From an uncultured Maribacter sp. (GTDB taxonomy: Bacteria; Bacteroidota; Bacteroidia; Flavobacteriales; Flavobacteriaceae): a stretch of DNA of 64,000 bases. Below are positions 51,196 through 61,363 of the stretch, one piece after another. The DNA is taken from the NCBI GenBank assembly GCA_964554895.1, contig CAZKQM010000002.1, positions 576-64,575 of the forward strand, in the 5' to 3' direction. A program made the position numbers and the translations under genes. The notes beneath the pieces were generated by a model. The model was given only the letters and a program-made list of their open reading frames with translations, was not told where the DNA came from and made no database searches. Position 1 is the first letter of the stretch, and each line of letters begins with the position of its first letter.

Positions 51196-54100
51196 ATGAG
51201 TGCAAAAAACCCTCGAAATAGCTCTCTTTTATTTTGGTTGATTCTAGTTGCTTTTCCTGCAACTATATCAGCCAATAATAGTATTTTAAATGGTTTAACT
51301 GCAGAGAAAAATATAGCCTTTGAAAATAAATCTGCTGTTGATTTGGCTGTTATTGACGGGGAGTTGAGAAGATATCATAAAATCAGTTTAACTTGGAATT
51401 CTGCCAGTAGCTTTTCTGAAACAGATATAACTTTTAAAGATTTCAGACTTAACGTAACGTTTACAAGTCCTACAGGTAAAGTATTTATAGTACCCGGATT
51501 CTTTGCGGCTGATGGAAATGCCAAAGAAACTAGTGCCGTTGCAGGAACGAAATGGCGATGTAATTTTACACCGCTAGAAACAGGAATATGGACCTACAGT
51601 GCATCTTTTAGAACTGGGTCAATGATTGCAGCTAGTTTCGATGCCACATCGGGCACTCCAGTTGCTCCTATTGATGGCGATACAGGTACATTTAGTATAG
51701 CTGAAACGAACAAATCAGGTATTGATTTAAGAAGCAAAGGAAAATTAGAATATGTTGGAGAGCATTTTCAACGATGGACAAATGGAGAATATTTTATGAA
51801 AATTGGTTCAGATTCTCCTGAGGTATTACTCGAGTATAATGATATAGATGACTATGATGGTGTGAATCATCCGAGGGAATATCTAAACCATCTCAATGAT
51901 TGGAACCCTGGCGATCCAACATGGCAAGGAGATAAAGGTAAAGGCTTAATTGGGATTATCAATTATTTGAGTAATAAAGGAATCAATTCTCAGTATTTTG
52001 TTTTACATCGACAACATGAGAGAAGTTCTCCTTTTTCTGACCCTCCAAATAGTTACTTTTCTTTTGATGTATCTAGAATGGGTCAATGGGAAGTGGTATT
52101 TGATCATATGGTAACCAAGGGTATGAATGTACATTTGGTTTTGTCTGAAAGTACCAATCAATCTTTTTTTGAAACTCATGTACCTTCAGGAGACCCCTTA
52201 TTTTCAGATGCTCGAAAAATATATTTCCGAGAAATAGTTGCACGATTTGGATATTTAAATGGAGTGACATGGAATATTGGTGAAGAAAATGGTTGGGATA
52301 GACAAAATACTTTTGGAGGAATAGCAGGAAGAGCGTTAACCACACAACAGCAGCTTAATTTTACGGCCTATTTAGATGGCTTAGCGTATTATAATGACCA
52401 CATTACTGTGCATAATGGTCATGCGAACGATCCGGGTATCTATGATTACCTACAAGGTAATAATTCAATTACCGGAACATCAATGCAGGGTGTTCTAAAA
52501 AATGAAGAAAGGGGAAAAGAGACCACACAACAACTACGTGTAGAATCAGCGGAGTCAGGTAAAAAATGGGTAATTTATTATGATGAAGCATGGAATGGAA
52601 ATGATTTGGGGTTGACCAATTTCAGAAGAAATGTGGTATGGGCGGCTTTTACTGCAGGTGCAGCAGGTATTGAACACTATGCAACGAGTGGACTCGATGT
52701 TTCACTTCAAGATTTAAGATTCTATGATGAGTATTATACCCAAATGCGGCATGCCTATGATTTCTATCATGATAATAATCTTCCTTTTCATCAAATGTAT
52801 AATCAAGATGAATTGGTTGAAAATGCGTGGGCACATGGTATCAATGGCGATAATTATGTTGTTTATGTAGAAACTAATAATGCAGGATCAACTACCATGC
52901 GTTTACTGGGCGATTATGAAATAAAATGGTTTGATCCTAGATTAGGTGGTGCACTGCAAGATGGATCTATAACCAATGTATCTGCTGGCGATGCTGTAAA
53001 CATTGGTTTACCTCCAACAGATACTAATTTAGATTGGGTAGCTTTGATAAGAACCGATCCTAATAACGGGCCCATAAATGTAACAGGTGTAACTGTCGAA
53101 CCTGAATTTATAGAATTAGGTGTAGGAAGCTCTTATGATATAAGACCACAAGTTATACCCGCTAATGCCGATAATTTAGATTTAGTTTGGTCTTCGAGTG
53201 ATACTTCAATTGTGACCGTTGATAACCAAGGAAATATATTGGCAATTGGTCCAGGAAATGCAATTGTTACGGTTACTACAGTTGATGGTGGTCATATGGC
53301 TTTAACCAACATTAGTGTTATTGAAAGCACAAATTTTTGTGAAGCTTCAGGCACAATTTTAATGGAACGTTATGATAATGTACCAGGTTTTCATATTAGT
53401 GATTTATTTGCTTCGCCCAACTATCCTGATAACCCAACCATAACCCAAGAGTTAACAGAATTTAAAATACCAACACGAGCTGGGGATCAATATGGCGCTA
53501 GAGTAAGTGGATTTTTATGTGCACCTGAAACAGGACTATATACTTTTTGGATTGCAGGTGATGATCGTGCTGAGCTTAAATTAAGCACTGATGATAATGC
53601 TCTAAATGCAACTATTATTGCATTTAATGATATTTTCACAGGTGAAAGAGAATGGAATAAAAGGGCAACACAAAAATCAGTTGAAATTCAATTAAGGCAG
53701 GGTGATCGCTATTATATAGAGGCTGTGATGAAAGAGGGGTCAGGTGGTGATCATATGACTGTTGGTTGGCGAAAACCTAGTGATAGGTTTGGTGAAGTAC
53801 CTAAAGAAGTGATTCCAGGAAATGTTTTGTCGCCAAACGTAAATATTGCAGTTACAGGTATAGCCGTTAATCCTGAGCAAATTGAAATCGAAATAGGAGA
53901 AACTGCTCAACTGATTAAAGAAGTAACTCCTTCTTTTGCATCAAATAATAATGTGATATGGACTTCAAATAATACGTCATTGGTTACAGTTGATGAATTT
54001 GGTAATATTGAGGGTATAGCGACAGGAACAGCCACTATTACCGCAACCACAGTTGATGGAAATTTTAGCGATGAGACAATAGTTACCGTTGCAGAATCTA

Positions 54101-56130
54101 TTATTTCAGTTACAGGGATAACCTTAGGAACCCAATCTGAGGATATAGTTATTGGCGAAATTCTTGATTTAGCTGAAACGATATCTCCTTCAAATGCATC
54201 CAATCAATCAGTAGTGTGGACATCTAGTGACCCCACAATTGTAACTGTCGATACAGATGGAACTATTACAGGAATATCCGAAGGAACAGCCACTATTACC
54301 GCAACCACAGTTGATGGAAATTTTAGTGATGAGACTACAGTTACCGTTACAGAACCAATTATTTCAGTTACAGGGATAACCTTAGGGACGCAATCTGAGG
54401 ATATAGTTATTGGCGAAATTCTTGATTTAACAGAAACGATATCGCCTTCAAATGCATCCAATCAATCAGTAGTGTGGACATCTAGTGACCCCACAATTGT
54501 AACTGTCGATACAGATGGAACTATTACAGGAATATCCGAAGGAACAGCCACTATTACCGCAACCACAGTTGATGGAAATTTTAGTGATGAGACTACAGTT
54601 ACCGTTACAGAACCAATTATTTCAGTTACAGGGATAACCTTAGGGACGCAAACTGAGGATATAGTTATTGGCGAAATTCTTGATTTAACAGAAACGATAT
54701 CCCCTTCAAATGCATCCAATCAATCAGTAGTGTGGACGTCTAGTGACCCCACAATTGTAACTGTTGATTCGGATGGAACTATTACAGGAATATCCGAAGG
54801 AACAGCCACTATTACCGTAACCACTGCAGATGGTAGTTTTAGTGCGGAGACAATAGTAGGTGTAACAGAACCTATTATTTTGGTTACCGGAGTAACTCTT
54901 GACAAATCGAATATAGTTCTTGATATTAATGAGCTAGCTGTTTTAGTGGCAATGGTTCAACCAAATAATGCCACTGAGCAGGAGGTAATTTGGTCTTCAA
55001 GCGATCCAACTATTGCCACGGTTGATTCCGACGGTAATGTACTAGCATTAATGCTAGGGACAGCTACAATCACAGCAACAACGCTAGATGGCGGACATGC
55101 GGCAGAAGCTACTGTAGTTGTCTCTGAAAATATTATCAATGTGATAAATATTTCTATTGATCCCTTATCAGTGACCTTAGATGAAGGAGATTTACAGCAA
55201 TTAAATGCCACCATTGAACCTGCCAATGCAACAAATCAATCAATTTCATGGACTTCAGATGATGCTTCAATTGTAAGTGTAAATTCTGACGGATTAATAA
55301 TGGGCTTACAAGCGGGTTCTACCCAAGTTAATGCAATTTCTGACGATGGTAGTTTTGTGGCAACAGTCACGGTTACTGTAAATGCTGTTTTTGTAGCGGT
55401 AACAGGAGTTTCATTAAATCAATCATCAATTGTTCTAGAGGTAGGTGAAATAAATCAAATAATTGCATCAATTGAACCGGCAAATGCTTCAAATAGCGGT
55501 ATTACCTGGATAAGTTTGAATGAAACCATTGCCAGTGTTGATCAAGAAGGAAACATAGTTGGTTTAGCTACAGGTACCACTGTTATATCGGCGGAAACTG
55601 CTGATGGTTCCTTTCGTGCTGAGGTAACCGTTGAAGTACTAGATGAAAATGCTTCAGTGGTTGAAGTTTCACACATTGCATTTGATTTTGATAGTATTGA
55701 TTTAGAAATAGGAGAGTCCTTCCTATTAAATCCTACATTTTCGCCTGCAAATGCTCAAGAACCTACTATAATTTGGACCACAGCAGATAATACTATTGTT
55801 CAGGTTAATCCAAATGGTAGCATTACCGGACTAGCAGTAGGAACATCAGTAATAAAAGGAATCACTGAAAACGGTTTAAGTGTTGAATTGACGGTTAACG
55901 TCTTGGCAGATGAGATATTGATGGTGTATCCGAATCCTGCTGAAGATTATATAATTGTAACCGGGGTTAGTGATTTGATTTTTCTTTCAATTTATACTTC
56001 TAATGGTCAGCTTTTAAATCGTGTTAGAACAAGTGAAGGAGGAACTCGCATCAGCGTAAAGTTTTTACCACCGGGCGTTTATTTGTTGGGTCTTGATAAT
56101 GGTAGGAAAGTTGCCTTTGTAAAGCAATAG
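51196..56130 (+). CDS. Tandem paralog of 46176 with identical domain order (T9SS-secreted GH-like/PA14/Big_2 protein)
   Basis: Shares long blocks (KGLIGIINYLS.KGINSQYFV, LSESTNQSFFET, GRALTTQQQL); VYPNPA...LPPGVYLL CTD. Confidence 0.85.
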   Translation: MSAKNPRNSSLLFWLILVAFPATISANNSILNGLTAEKNIAFENKSAVDLAVIDGELRRYHKISLTWNSASSFSETDITFKDFRLNVTFTSPTGKVFIVPGFFAADGNAKETSAVAGTKWRCNFTPLETGIWTYSASFRTGSMIAASFDATSGTPVAPIDGDTGTFSIAETNKSGIDLRSKGKLEYVGEHFQRWTNGEYFMKIGSDSPEVLLEYNDIDDYDGVNHPREYLNHLNDWNPGDPTWQGDKGKGLIGIINYLSNKGINSQYFVLHRQHERSSPFSDPPNSYFSFDVSRMGQWEVVFDHMVTKGMNVHLVLSESTNQSFFETHVPSGDPLFSDARKIYFREIVARFGYLNGVTWNIGEENGWDRQNTFGGIAGRALTTQQQLNFTAYLDGLAYYNDHITVHNGHANDPGIYDYLQGNNSITGTSMQGVLKNEERGKETTQQLRVESAESGKKWVIYYDEAWNGNDLGLTNFRRNVVWAAFTAGAAGIEHYATSGLDVSLQDLRFYDEYYTQMRHAYDFYHDNNLPFHQMYNQDELVENAWAHGINGDNYVVYVETNNAGSTTMRLLGDYEIKWFDPRLGGALQDGSITNVSAGDAVNIGLPPTDTNLDWVALIRTDPNNGPINVTGVTVEPEFIELGVGSSYDIRPQVIPANADNLDLVWSSSDTSIVTVDNQGNILAIGPGNAIVTVTTVDGGHMALTNISVIESTNFCEASGTILMERYDNVPGFHISDLFASPNYPDNPTITQELTEFKIPTRAGDQYGARVSGFLCAPETGLYTFWIAGDDRAELKLSTDDNALNATIIAFNDIFTGEREWNKRATQKSVEIQLRQGDRYYIEAVMKEGSGGDHMTVGWRKPSDRFGEVPKEVIPGNVLSPNVNIAVTGIAVNPEQIEIEIGETAQLIKEVTPSFASNNNVIWTSNNTSLVTVDEFGNIEGIATGTATITATTVDGNFSDETIVTVAESIISVTGITLGTQSEDIVIGEILDLAETISPSNASNQSVVWTSSDPTIVTVDTDGTITGISEGTATITATTVDGNFSDETTVTVTEPIISVTGITLGTQSEDIVIGEILDLTETISPSNASNQSVVWTSSDPTIVTVDTDGTITGISEGTATITATTVDGNFSDETTVTVTEPIISVTGITLGTQTEDIVIGEILDLTETISPSNASNQSVVWTSSDPTIVTVDSDGTITGISEGTATITVTTADGSFSAETIVGVTEPIILVTGVTLDKSNIVLDINELAVLVAMVQPNNATEQEVIWSSSDPTIATVDSDGNVLALMLGTATITATTLDGGHAAEATVVVSENIINVINISIDPLSVTLDEGDLQQLNATIEPANATNQSISWTSDDASIVSVNSDGLIMGLQAGSTQVNAISDDGSFVATVTVTVNAVFVAVTGVSLNQSSIVLEVGEINQIIASIEPANASNSGITWISLNETIASVDQEGNIVGLATGTTVISAETADGSFRAEVTVEVLDENASVVEVSHIAFDFDSIDLEIGESFLLNPTFSPANAQEPTIIWTTADNTIVQVNPNGSITGLAVGTSVIKGITENGLSVELTVNVLADEILMVYPNPAEDYIIVTGVSDLIFLSIYTSNGQLLNRVRTSEGGTRISVKFLPPGVYLLGLDNGRKVAFVKQ
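54024..54817 (+). repeat. Three near-identical 258-bp tandem repeats (86-aa Big_2 unit)
   Basis: aggaacagccactattaccg recurs at 54024, 54282, 54540 and 54798. Confidence 0.95.
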
Positions 56131-56148
56131 AAATATTCTCTGAGCAAA

Positions 56149-56184
56149 GAAAAACCCCGCAATGAAAAGCTTCATCACGGGGTT
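56149..56184 (-). terminator. Intrinsic terminator between convergent genes
   Basis: Minus strand aaccccgtgatgaa-gctt-ttcattgcggggtt then T run; stem complete with G-U pairs. Confidence 0.75.
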
Positions 56185-56211
56185 AAACAACTAACCAACC
56201 TAAAAACTATC

Positions 56212-57312
56212 TTACAATCTTGCTCTGCTACTTCTTGATGATCCGCTTCTAGAGCTCGAATTTCTATTTGACCTTGTCGTGCTTGTTGAACTTCTTTTCG
56301 AAGTTGTGCTTCTGTTTGAAGCTGTGCTTCTATTAGAAGTTGTTCTTCTGTTCACGACGCTAGTATTTCTTGGCGTTCTTGATACAGTACGTTTAGTAAC
56401 CGTTGTACGACTAGGCGTTCTTTTAGTAACTGAACGTTGTGGAGTTCTTTTTGTTACCGTAGACCTTGTAACTGTTCTACCATTAGCTTGTGTACGTCTT
56501 ACAGTACTACCATTTCTATTAGGTGTTGTAGTAGAACTAGTTCTATTGGTGGGTCTGTTTACCCTATTGTTACGTACAACCGTATTCGTTTTTCTACCAA
56601 CATTTCGGTTACTTCTCACATTATTCTTGCGTAAGGAAACTCTTCTATCATTCTTATAAATTACCGCACGATCTCTACGTACATTGTTGTTTCTATAGGT
56701 TTTACCAATGTTTGCATATGTATTCCGTCTATTAAATCTATACGGGGTATAATAGGTATACCTAAAAGGCGTATAAAATCTTCTATAAGGATTTCTGTTT
56801 ACTAAACAAAAGTTTAACGCTGGTCTCGAAAACAATCTATGAAACGGTCGGTAAACATAGTTCCTGTTGTATACATTTATGAAACCAGTGTGGTAATCAT
56901 AAAAACCTCTATTGTTATAGTAAACAAACATATTTCCTAGTCTGCGCACACGTCCGTTACGGTATCCAATATCTACACTTCCAATTGTTGAAACACGACC
57001 ATAATTGTCATAATAAACTGGAATGTTTTCTACTTGTATCACAGCACCATAATCATCATACTGTGCGTAAGGACTATAATCAAATCCTGAATTAAAAGTT
57101 ACATTTCTGTTACGATTTCTAATTCTATTATTGATGTAAAAATCGAATTCTCCATCTGGGTAGACCGCAAATGAAATACCGTTCTCTTCAAAAATGAAAG
57201 AGTTGTTGTATCGATAAGTATTGCGCTCTGCAACCTTATCATCAGCTTTAATAGCGAAGGCAGCTGTAGTACCTAAAATTATCGCCATAATAAAGAGTTT
57301 AAAATTTCTCAT
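56212..57312 (-). CDS. Exported hypothetical protein with Tyr/Arg-rich core and long basic R/S/T low-complexity tail
   Basis: Signal peptide from ATG 57312; FAVYPDGEFDFY, YDDYG/YDNYG; (S/T)VTKRT and NRST repeats. Confidence 0.75.
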   Translation of the reverse strand: MRNFKLFIMAIILGTTAAFAIKADDKVAERNTYRYNNSFIFEENGISFAVYPDGEFDFYINNRIRNRNRNVTFNSGFDYSPYAQYDDYGAVIQVENIPVYYDNYGRVSTIGSVDIGYRNGRVRRLGNMFVYYNNRGFYDYHTGFINVYNRNYVYRPFHRLFSRPALNFCLVNRNPYRRFYTPFRYTYYTPYRFNRRNTYANIGKTYRNNNVRRDRAVIYKNDRRVSLRKNNVRSNRNVGRKTNTVVRNNRVNRPTNRTSSTTTPNRNGSTVRRTQANGRTVTRSTVTKRTPQRSVTKRTPSRTTVTKRTVSRTPRNTSVVNRRTTSNRSTASNRSTTSKRSSTSTTRSNRNSSSRSGSSRSSRARL

Positions 57313-57364
57313 GATATAAGGTTTTAAATTCTGAATGCAACTATTTACATTCGATATATAGATA

Positions 57365-57379
57365 CCAAACAGCATGCCA
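57365..57379 (-). promoter_or_regulatory. Possible sigma54 promoter
   Basis: Minus strand TGGCAT-GCTGT-TTGG, about 52 nt before the ATG. Confidence 0.5.
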
Positions 57380-57453
57380 AAAATTATAAGTAATTGATAT
57401 TCAACATCTTAAATTAAGTGTAAAAAGAGAAAATTAATTGAGGGAGTAGTATT

Positions 57454-60234
57454 TTATCCTAATTTATACTTGAGATAGCGTGCAGTTAGTGATGTTTTAC
57501 TTTTAATTATTTCTTCAGGCGTACCGCATGTAATTAGGTTACCACCCTTTTCTCCGCCTTCTAAACCAAGGTCGATTACATGGTCAGCACATTTAATTAA
57601 TTCAATATTATGCTCAATGACTATAATCGAATGGCCTTTAGAAATTAGAGCGTTAAAGGATTTTAAAAGTTTTTTGATATCATGAAAATGTAAACCTGTA
57701 GTGGGCTCGTCAAAAATAAATAAGGCTTTGTCTTTAGTATTGCCTTTTACCAAGAAAGATGCTAATTTGATTCTTTGAGCTTCGCCACCAGAAAGGGTTG
57801 AAGAAGACTGACCTAAAGTCACATAACCCAAACCAACATCTTGCAGTGGCTTCAATTTTTTAACCAATTTTAGCTGTTCTCCTTTTTCAAAGAATAAAAT
57901 AGCATCATCAATGGTCATATTAAGAATCGCATCAATTGAGGCATTATTAAAGGTAACTTCAAGTACTTCTTTCTTGAAACGCTTTCCTTTACAGGTGTCA
58001 CACTCCAAATGTACATCGGCCATAAATTGCATCTCAACAGTAATTTGACCATCTCCTTTGCATTTTTCACAACGACCCCCATCTACATTAAAAGAAAAGT
58101 GTTTCGCCTGATAATTTCTAATTTTACTTAATCTCTGCGAAGCGAATAGACTTCGAATATCATCATATGCTTTGATATATGTCACAGGATTTGACCTTGA
58201 CGACCTTCCAATAGGATTCTGATCAACAAATTCTACATGCTTTAGAAAATCATATGAACCATGCACTGAAGTAAATTGTACTGCTTTTTCGCCATAACCA
58301 CCAACTTCTTTAAGTATAATAGGATATAGCAGTTTTTTGACAAGTGTACTTTTGCCACTACCAGACACCCCGGTAATCATGGTAAGCATATTCAAAGGAA
58401 ATTTTACATCAATATTTTTTAAATTGTTTTCACGAGCCCCTTTTATTTCAATGAAATTATTAGATGTTCTACGTTCTTTTGGAACCTCAATTTCTTTTGT
58501 TCCATTCAAATAATTTGCCGTTAATGAATTTGATCTTAGTAGATTTTTAAAAGAACCGGTAGCAACGACTTCGCCTCCGTGAGTACCTGCTTCAGGCCCT
58601 ATGTCAATTACTTCATCAGCTGCTTTCATAATATCTTCATCATGCTCAACAACAATAACCGTATTGCCTAAATCTCTTAATGATAAAAGCACTTCAATTA
58701 GATTTTCAGTGTCTTTTGGGTGTAAACCAATACTCGGTTCATCAAGAATGTACATTGACCCGACCAAACTACTACCCAATGAAGTTGCCAAATTAATACG
58801 TTGACTTTCACCACCTGATAATGAATTTGATCTTCTATTTAAGGTTAAATAACTTAAACCTACTTTATCTAAAAACCCCAATCGGGTATTAATTTCTTTG
58901 AATAGGCGAGAGGCTATTTTTGAATCATGTGAGCTTAACTCAATGGTATTGAAAAATTGAATTAATTGATCAATAGGTAATTCGACCAAATCATTAATTG
59001 ATTTACCAGCCACTTTCACATAATTTGTTTCTGCTTTTAACCGCTTTCCGTTACAGTTATTACACCGAGTTTTACCGCGATATCTTGAAAGCATGACTCT
59101 ATTTTGAATTTTATAGCTTTTTTCTTCAAGTTTTGCAAAAAAATGATAGAGTCCTTTAAAAAAGGAATTTCCATCCCAAACCAATTGCTTCTGTTCTGAA
59201 GTTAATTCAAACCAGGGTTTGTGTATTGGAAAATTGAATTTGTATGCAGAATTTACAAGGGCATCTCTAAATTTCCCCATGCTATCACCCCGCCAAGGAA
59301 AAATTGCATTTTCATACACTGATAAGGCTGTATTGGGTATTACCAAATCTTCATCAATACCAATAACATCGCCATATCCTTCACATTTTGGGCAAGCCCC
59401 GTACGGATTATTAAAACTAAAGAGATGAACATTAGGTTCGAGAAAAGACATTCCGTCTAACTCAAATTTAGTACTAAAAAATGTTTGTTTTCCTGTTGCA
59501 AGATGTTCTATGATACATTGCCCTTTTCCTTCAAAAAAGGCCGTATCAACAGCGTTTGCTAAACGATTATAAAAATCTTCATCATCTTTTGTTATGATTC
59601 GATCAATAACTAAATCAAAATTTCTTCCAATGTCTTTTGAGACTTCATCAATGCGAACTACTTCATTATTAAATTTCAAACGTGCAAAACCCTGCTTTGA
59701 AAAGAGTGCCAATGATTTTTGAATATCGTGCTCAGGTTTGATATGAATTGGGGCTAAAAGTAAAAGCTTTGTATTATCATCAAAACATTTTACATGGTTT
59801 ACAACATCAGTGACCGTATTTTTTTTTACTTCTTGGTTTGAAATGGGCGAAATGGTTTTACCAATGCGCGCAAATAAAAGTTTTAGATAATCATATATTT
59901 CAGTGGTGGTGCCCACTGTAGATCTCGGGTTTGTTGAATTAACTTTTTGTTCAATGGCTATAGCTGGCGCAATACCTTTAATATAGTCAACTTTAGGTTT
60001 GTTGAGTTTACCTAAAAACTGTCTTGCATAAGAAGAAAGACTTTCTACATAGCGTCTTTGTCCTTCGGCGTATAGGGTGTCAAAGGCTAAACTCGATTTT
60101 CCTGATCCTGATAGTCCGGTAATAACCACTAATTTATTTCTCGGAATGACAACATCAATATTTTTTAAATTGTGCAGTTTCGCACCTTTAATAATGATGT
60201 TTTCTTTAGGATTTATTTCACGTAAATTAGCCAT
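57454..60234 (-). CDS. uvrA: Excinuclease ABC subunit A
   Basis: GLSGSGKSS, GVSGSGKS, LSGGE twice, CxxC zinc fingers, EGQRRYVESLS. Confidence 0.96.
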   Translation of the reverse strand: MANLREINPKENIIIKGAKLHNLKNIDVVIPRNKLVVITGLSGSGKSSLAFDTLYAEGQRRYVESLSSYARQFLGKLNKPKVDYIKGIAPAIAIEQKVNSTNPRSTVGTTTEIYDYLKLLFARIGKTISPISNQEVKKNTVTDVVNHVKCFDDNTKLLLLAPIHIKPEHDIQKSLALFSKQGFARLKFNNEVVRIDEVSKDIGRNFDLVIDRIITKDDEDFYNRLANAVDTAFFEGKGQCIIEHLATGKQTFFSTKFELDGMSFLEPNVHLFSFNNPYGACPKCEGYGDVIGIDEDLVIPNTALSVYENAIFPWRGDSMGKFRDALVNSAYKFNFPIHKPWFELTSEQKQLVWDGNSFFKGLYHFFAKLEEKSYKIQNRVMLSRYRGKTRCNNCNGKRLKAETNYVKVAGKSINDLVELPIDQLIQFFNTIELSSHDSKIASRLFKEINTRLGFLDKVGLSYLTLNRRSNSLSGGESQRINLATSLGSSLVGSMYILDEPSIGLHPKDTENLIEVLLSLRDLGNTVIVVEHDEDIMKAADEVIDIGPEAGTHGGEVVATGSFKNLLRSNSLTANYLNGTKEIEVPKERRTSNNFIEIKGARENNLKNIDVKFPLNMLTMITGVSGSGKSTLVKKLLYPIILKEVGGYGEKAVQFTSVHGSYDFLKHVEFVDQNPIGRSSRSNPVTYIKAYDDIRSLFASQRLSKIRNYQAKHFSFNVDGGRCEKCKGDGQITVEMQFMADVHLECDTCKGKRFKKEVLEVTFNNASIDAILNMTIDDAILFFEKGEQLKLVKKLKPLQDVGLGYVTLGQSSSTLSGGEAQRIKLASFLVKGNTKDKALFIFDEPTTGLHFHDIKKLLKSFNALISKGHSIIVIEHNIELIKCADHVIDLGLEGGEKGGNLITCGTPEEIIKSKTSLTARYLKYKLG

Positions 60235-60353
60235 ATTCTTCAAGCGAACCGCGAAGATACAATAAGCACATTTTAAACGCCAATTTTGAGAGGTTCGCTT
60301 TATTGGATTAAAAAATCTGCATCTAAAATTCTATAAATAGTAAAATATTTTTC

Positions 60354-60361
60354 TATATTTG
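60354..60361 (+). promoter_or_regulatory. Primary-sigma -7 box upstream of ECF sigma 1
   Basis: TATATTTG, implying a leader of about 110 nt. Confidence 0.55.
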
Positions 60362-60479
60362 CCGGTAGTTAAAACACAAAAAGCCTATAGCGACAACATT
60401 ACTTTTTTAAATAGTTAGAATACCCACAAACCTTTTTCAATGAAAAAGGACACTGTTTTTAACCAAAAAAGTAATCGTT

Positions 60480-61061
60480 ATGAAAGGACAAATTCCAGAT
60501 TCTATTCTTATTACAAATTACATTGCAGGAGACGAACGTGCTCTTGAATCTCTTGTTAACAGGCATAATCAGCGCATTAGTAGTTTTATTTATTCTAAGG
60601 TAAATGACCGAGGAATTACTGAAGACATTTTTCAAGATACTTTTATTAAAGTTATACGCACCCTTAAAAGAGGTGCTTATAATGAAGAAGGTAAGTTCTT
60701 GCCATGGGTAATGCGAATTGCTCATAATTTGATTATTGACCATTTTAGAAAAAGTAGAAGAATGCCCATGTATGATCTTTCAGATGGGTATAATGTATTT
60801 TCTATAATGGGCGATGAAGAATTAAATGCTGAAGGAAGAATTATTAAGGATCAAATTGATGCTGACCTTTCAGAACTAATAAAACAATTACCTGAAGATC
60901 AAAAAGAAGTTCTTTATATGCGTATGTATAAGGATATGAGTTTTAAAGAGATTTCTGAGAACACAGGCGTAAGTATTAATACGGCTTTGGGGCGTATGCG
61001 CTATGCTTTGATTAATCTTAGAAAGATTATTAGTGAAAATGATATCGTTTTAACGAGCTAA
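60480..61061 (+). CDS. ECF sigma factor, copy 1 (193 aa)
   Basis: Region 2 EDIFQDTFIKV...FLPWVMRIAHNLIIDHFRK; region 4 LPEDQKEV...MSFKEISENTGVSINT. Confidence 0.95.
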   Translation: MKGQIPDSILITNYIAGDERALESLVNRHNQRISSFIYSKVNDRGITEDIFQDTFIKVIRTLKRGAYNEEGKFLPWVMRIAHNLIIDHFRKSRRMPMYDLSDGYNVFSIMGDEELNAEGRIIKDQIDADLSELIKQLPEDQKEVLYMRMYKDMSFKEISENTGVSINTALGRMRYALINLRKIISENDIVLTS

Positions 61062-61165
61062 TTGCACCGTAGAACTAATTAACGAATAATTTGTAGTTAG
61101 GTCGAACGGTTTCATTATATTTATCTAAGGTGGCGTTTTACTAGTGAAACAAAACCTTAATAAGT

Positions 61166-61309
61166 ATGGAAAAAATTTACAATAACAATACAGTACAATT
61201 AAAAGTAGTTAAAGCAAAGCCAGAAACTATTAGTTTCTTATTAAACTACTCGAAGTCTCTTGACATGATAAAAGCAAAAGAAATGCACTTCGAAACGCAT
61301 AAAAATTAA
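61166..61309 (+). CDS. Unannotated 47-aa protein, copy 1
   Basis: MEKIYNNNTVQLKVVKAKPETISFLLNYSKSLDMIKAKEMHFETHKN; same length as, and 19/47 identical to, the ORF at 62372; followed by a terminator. Confidence 0.82.
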   Translation: MEKIYNNNTVQLKVVKAKPETISFLLNYSKSLDMIKAKEMHFETHKN

Positions 61310-61329
61310 AAATAAACGATTCTATATAG

Positions 61330-61363
61330 AAATCCTGACAAGAGAATTGTCAGGATTTTTTTT
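61330..61363 (+). terminator. Intrinsic terminator
   Basis: aaatcctgacaa-gagaa-ttgtcaggattt plus T run. Confidence 0.88.

Noticed and set aside
48779-55226. Series of minus-strand ORFs with repeated sequence
   Set aside because: Antisense shadows of the Big_2 repeats; their periodicity is explained by the plus-strand genes.
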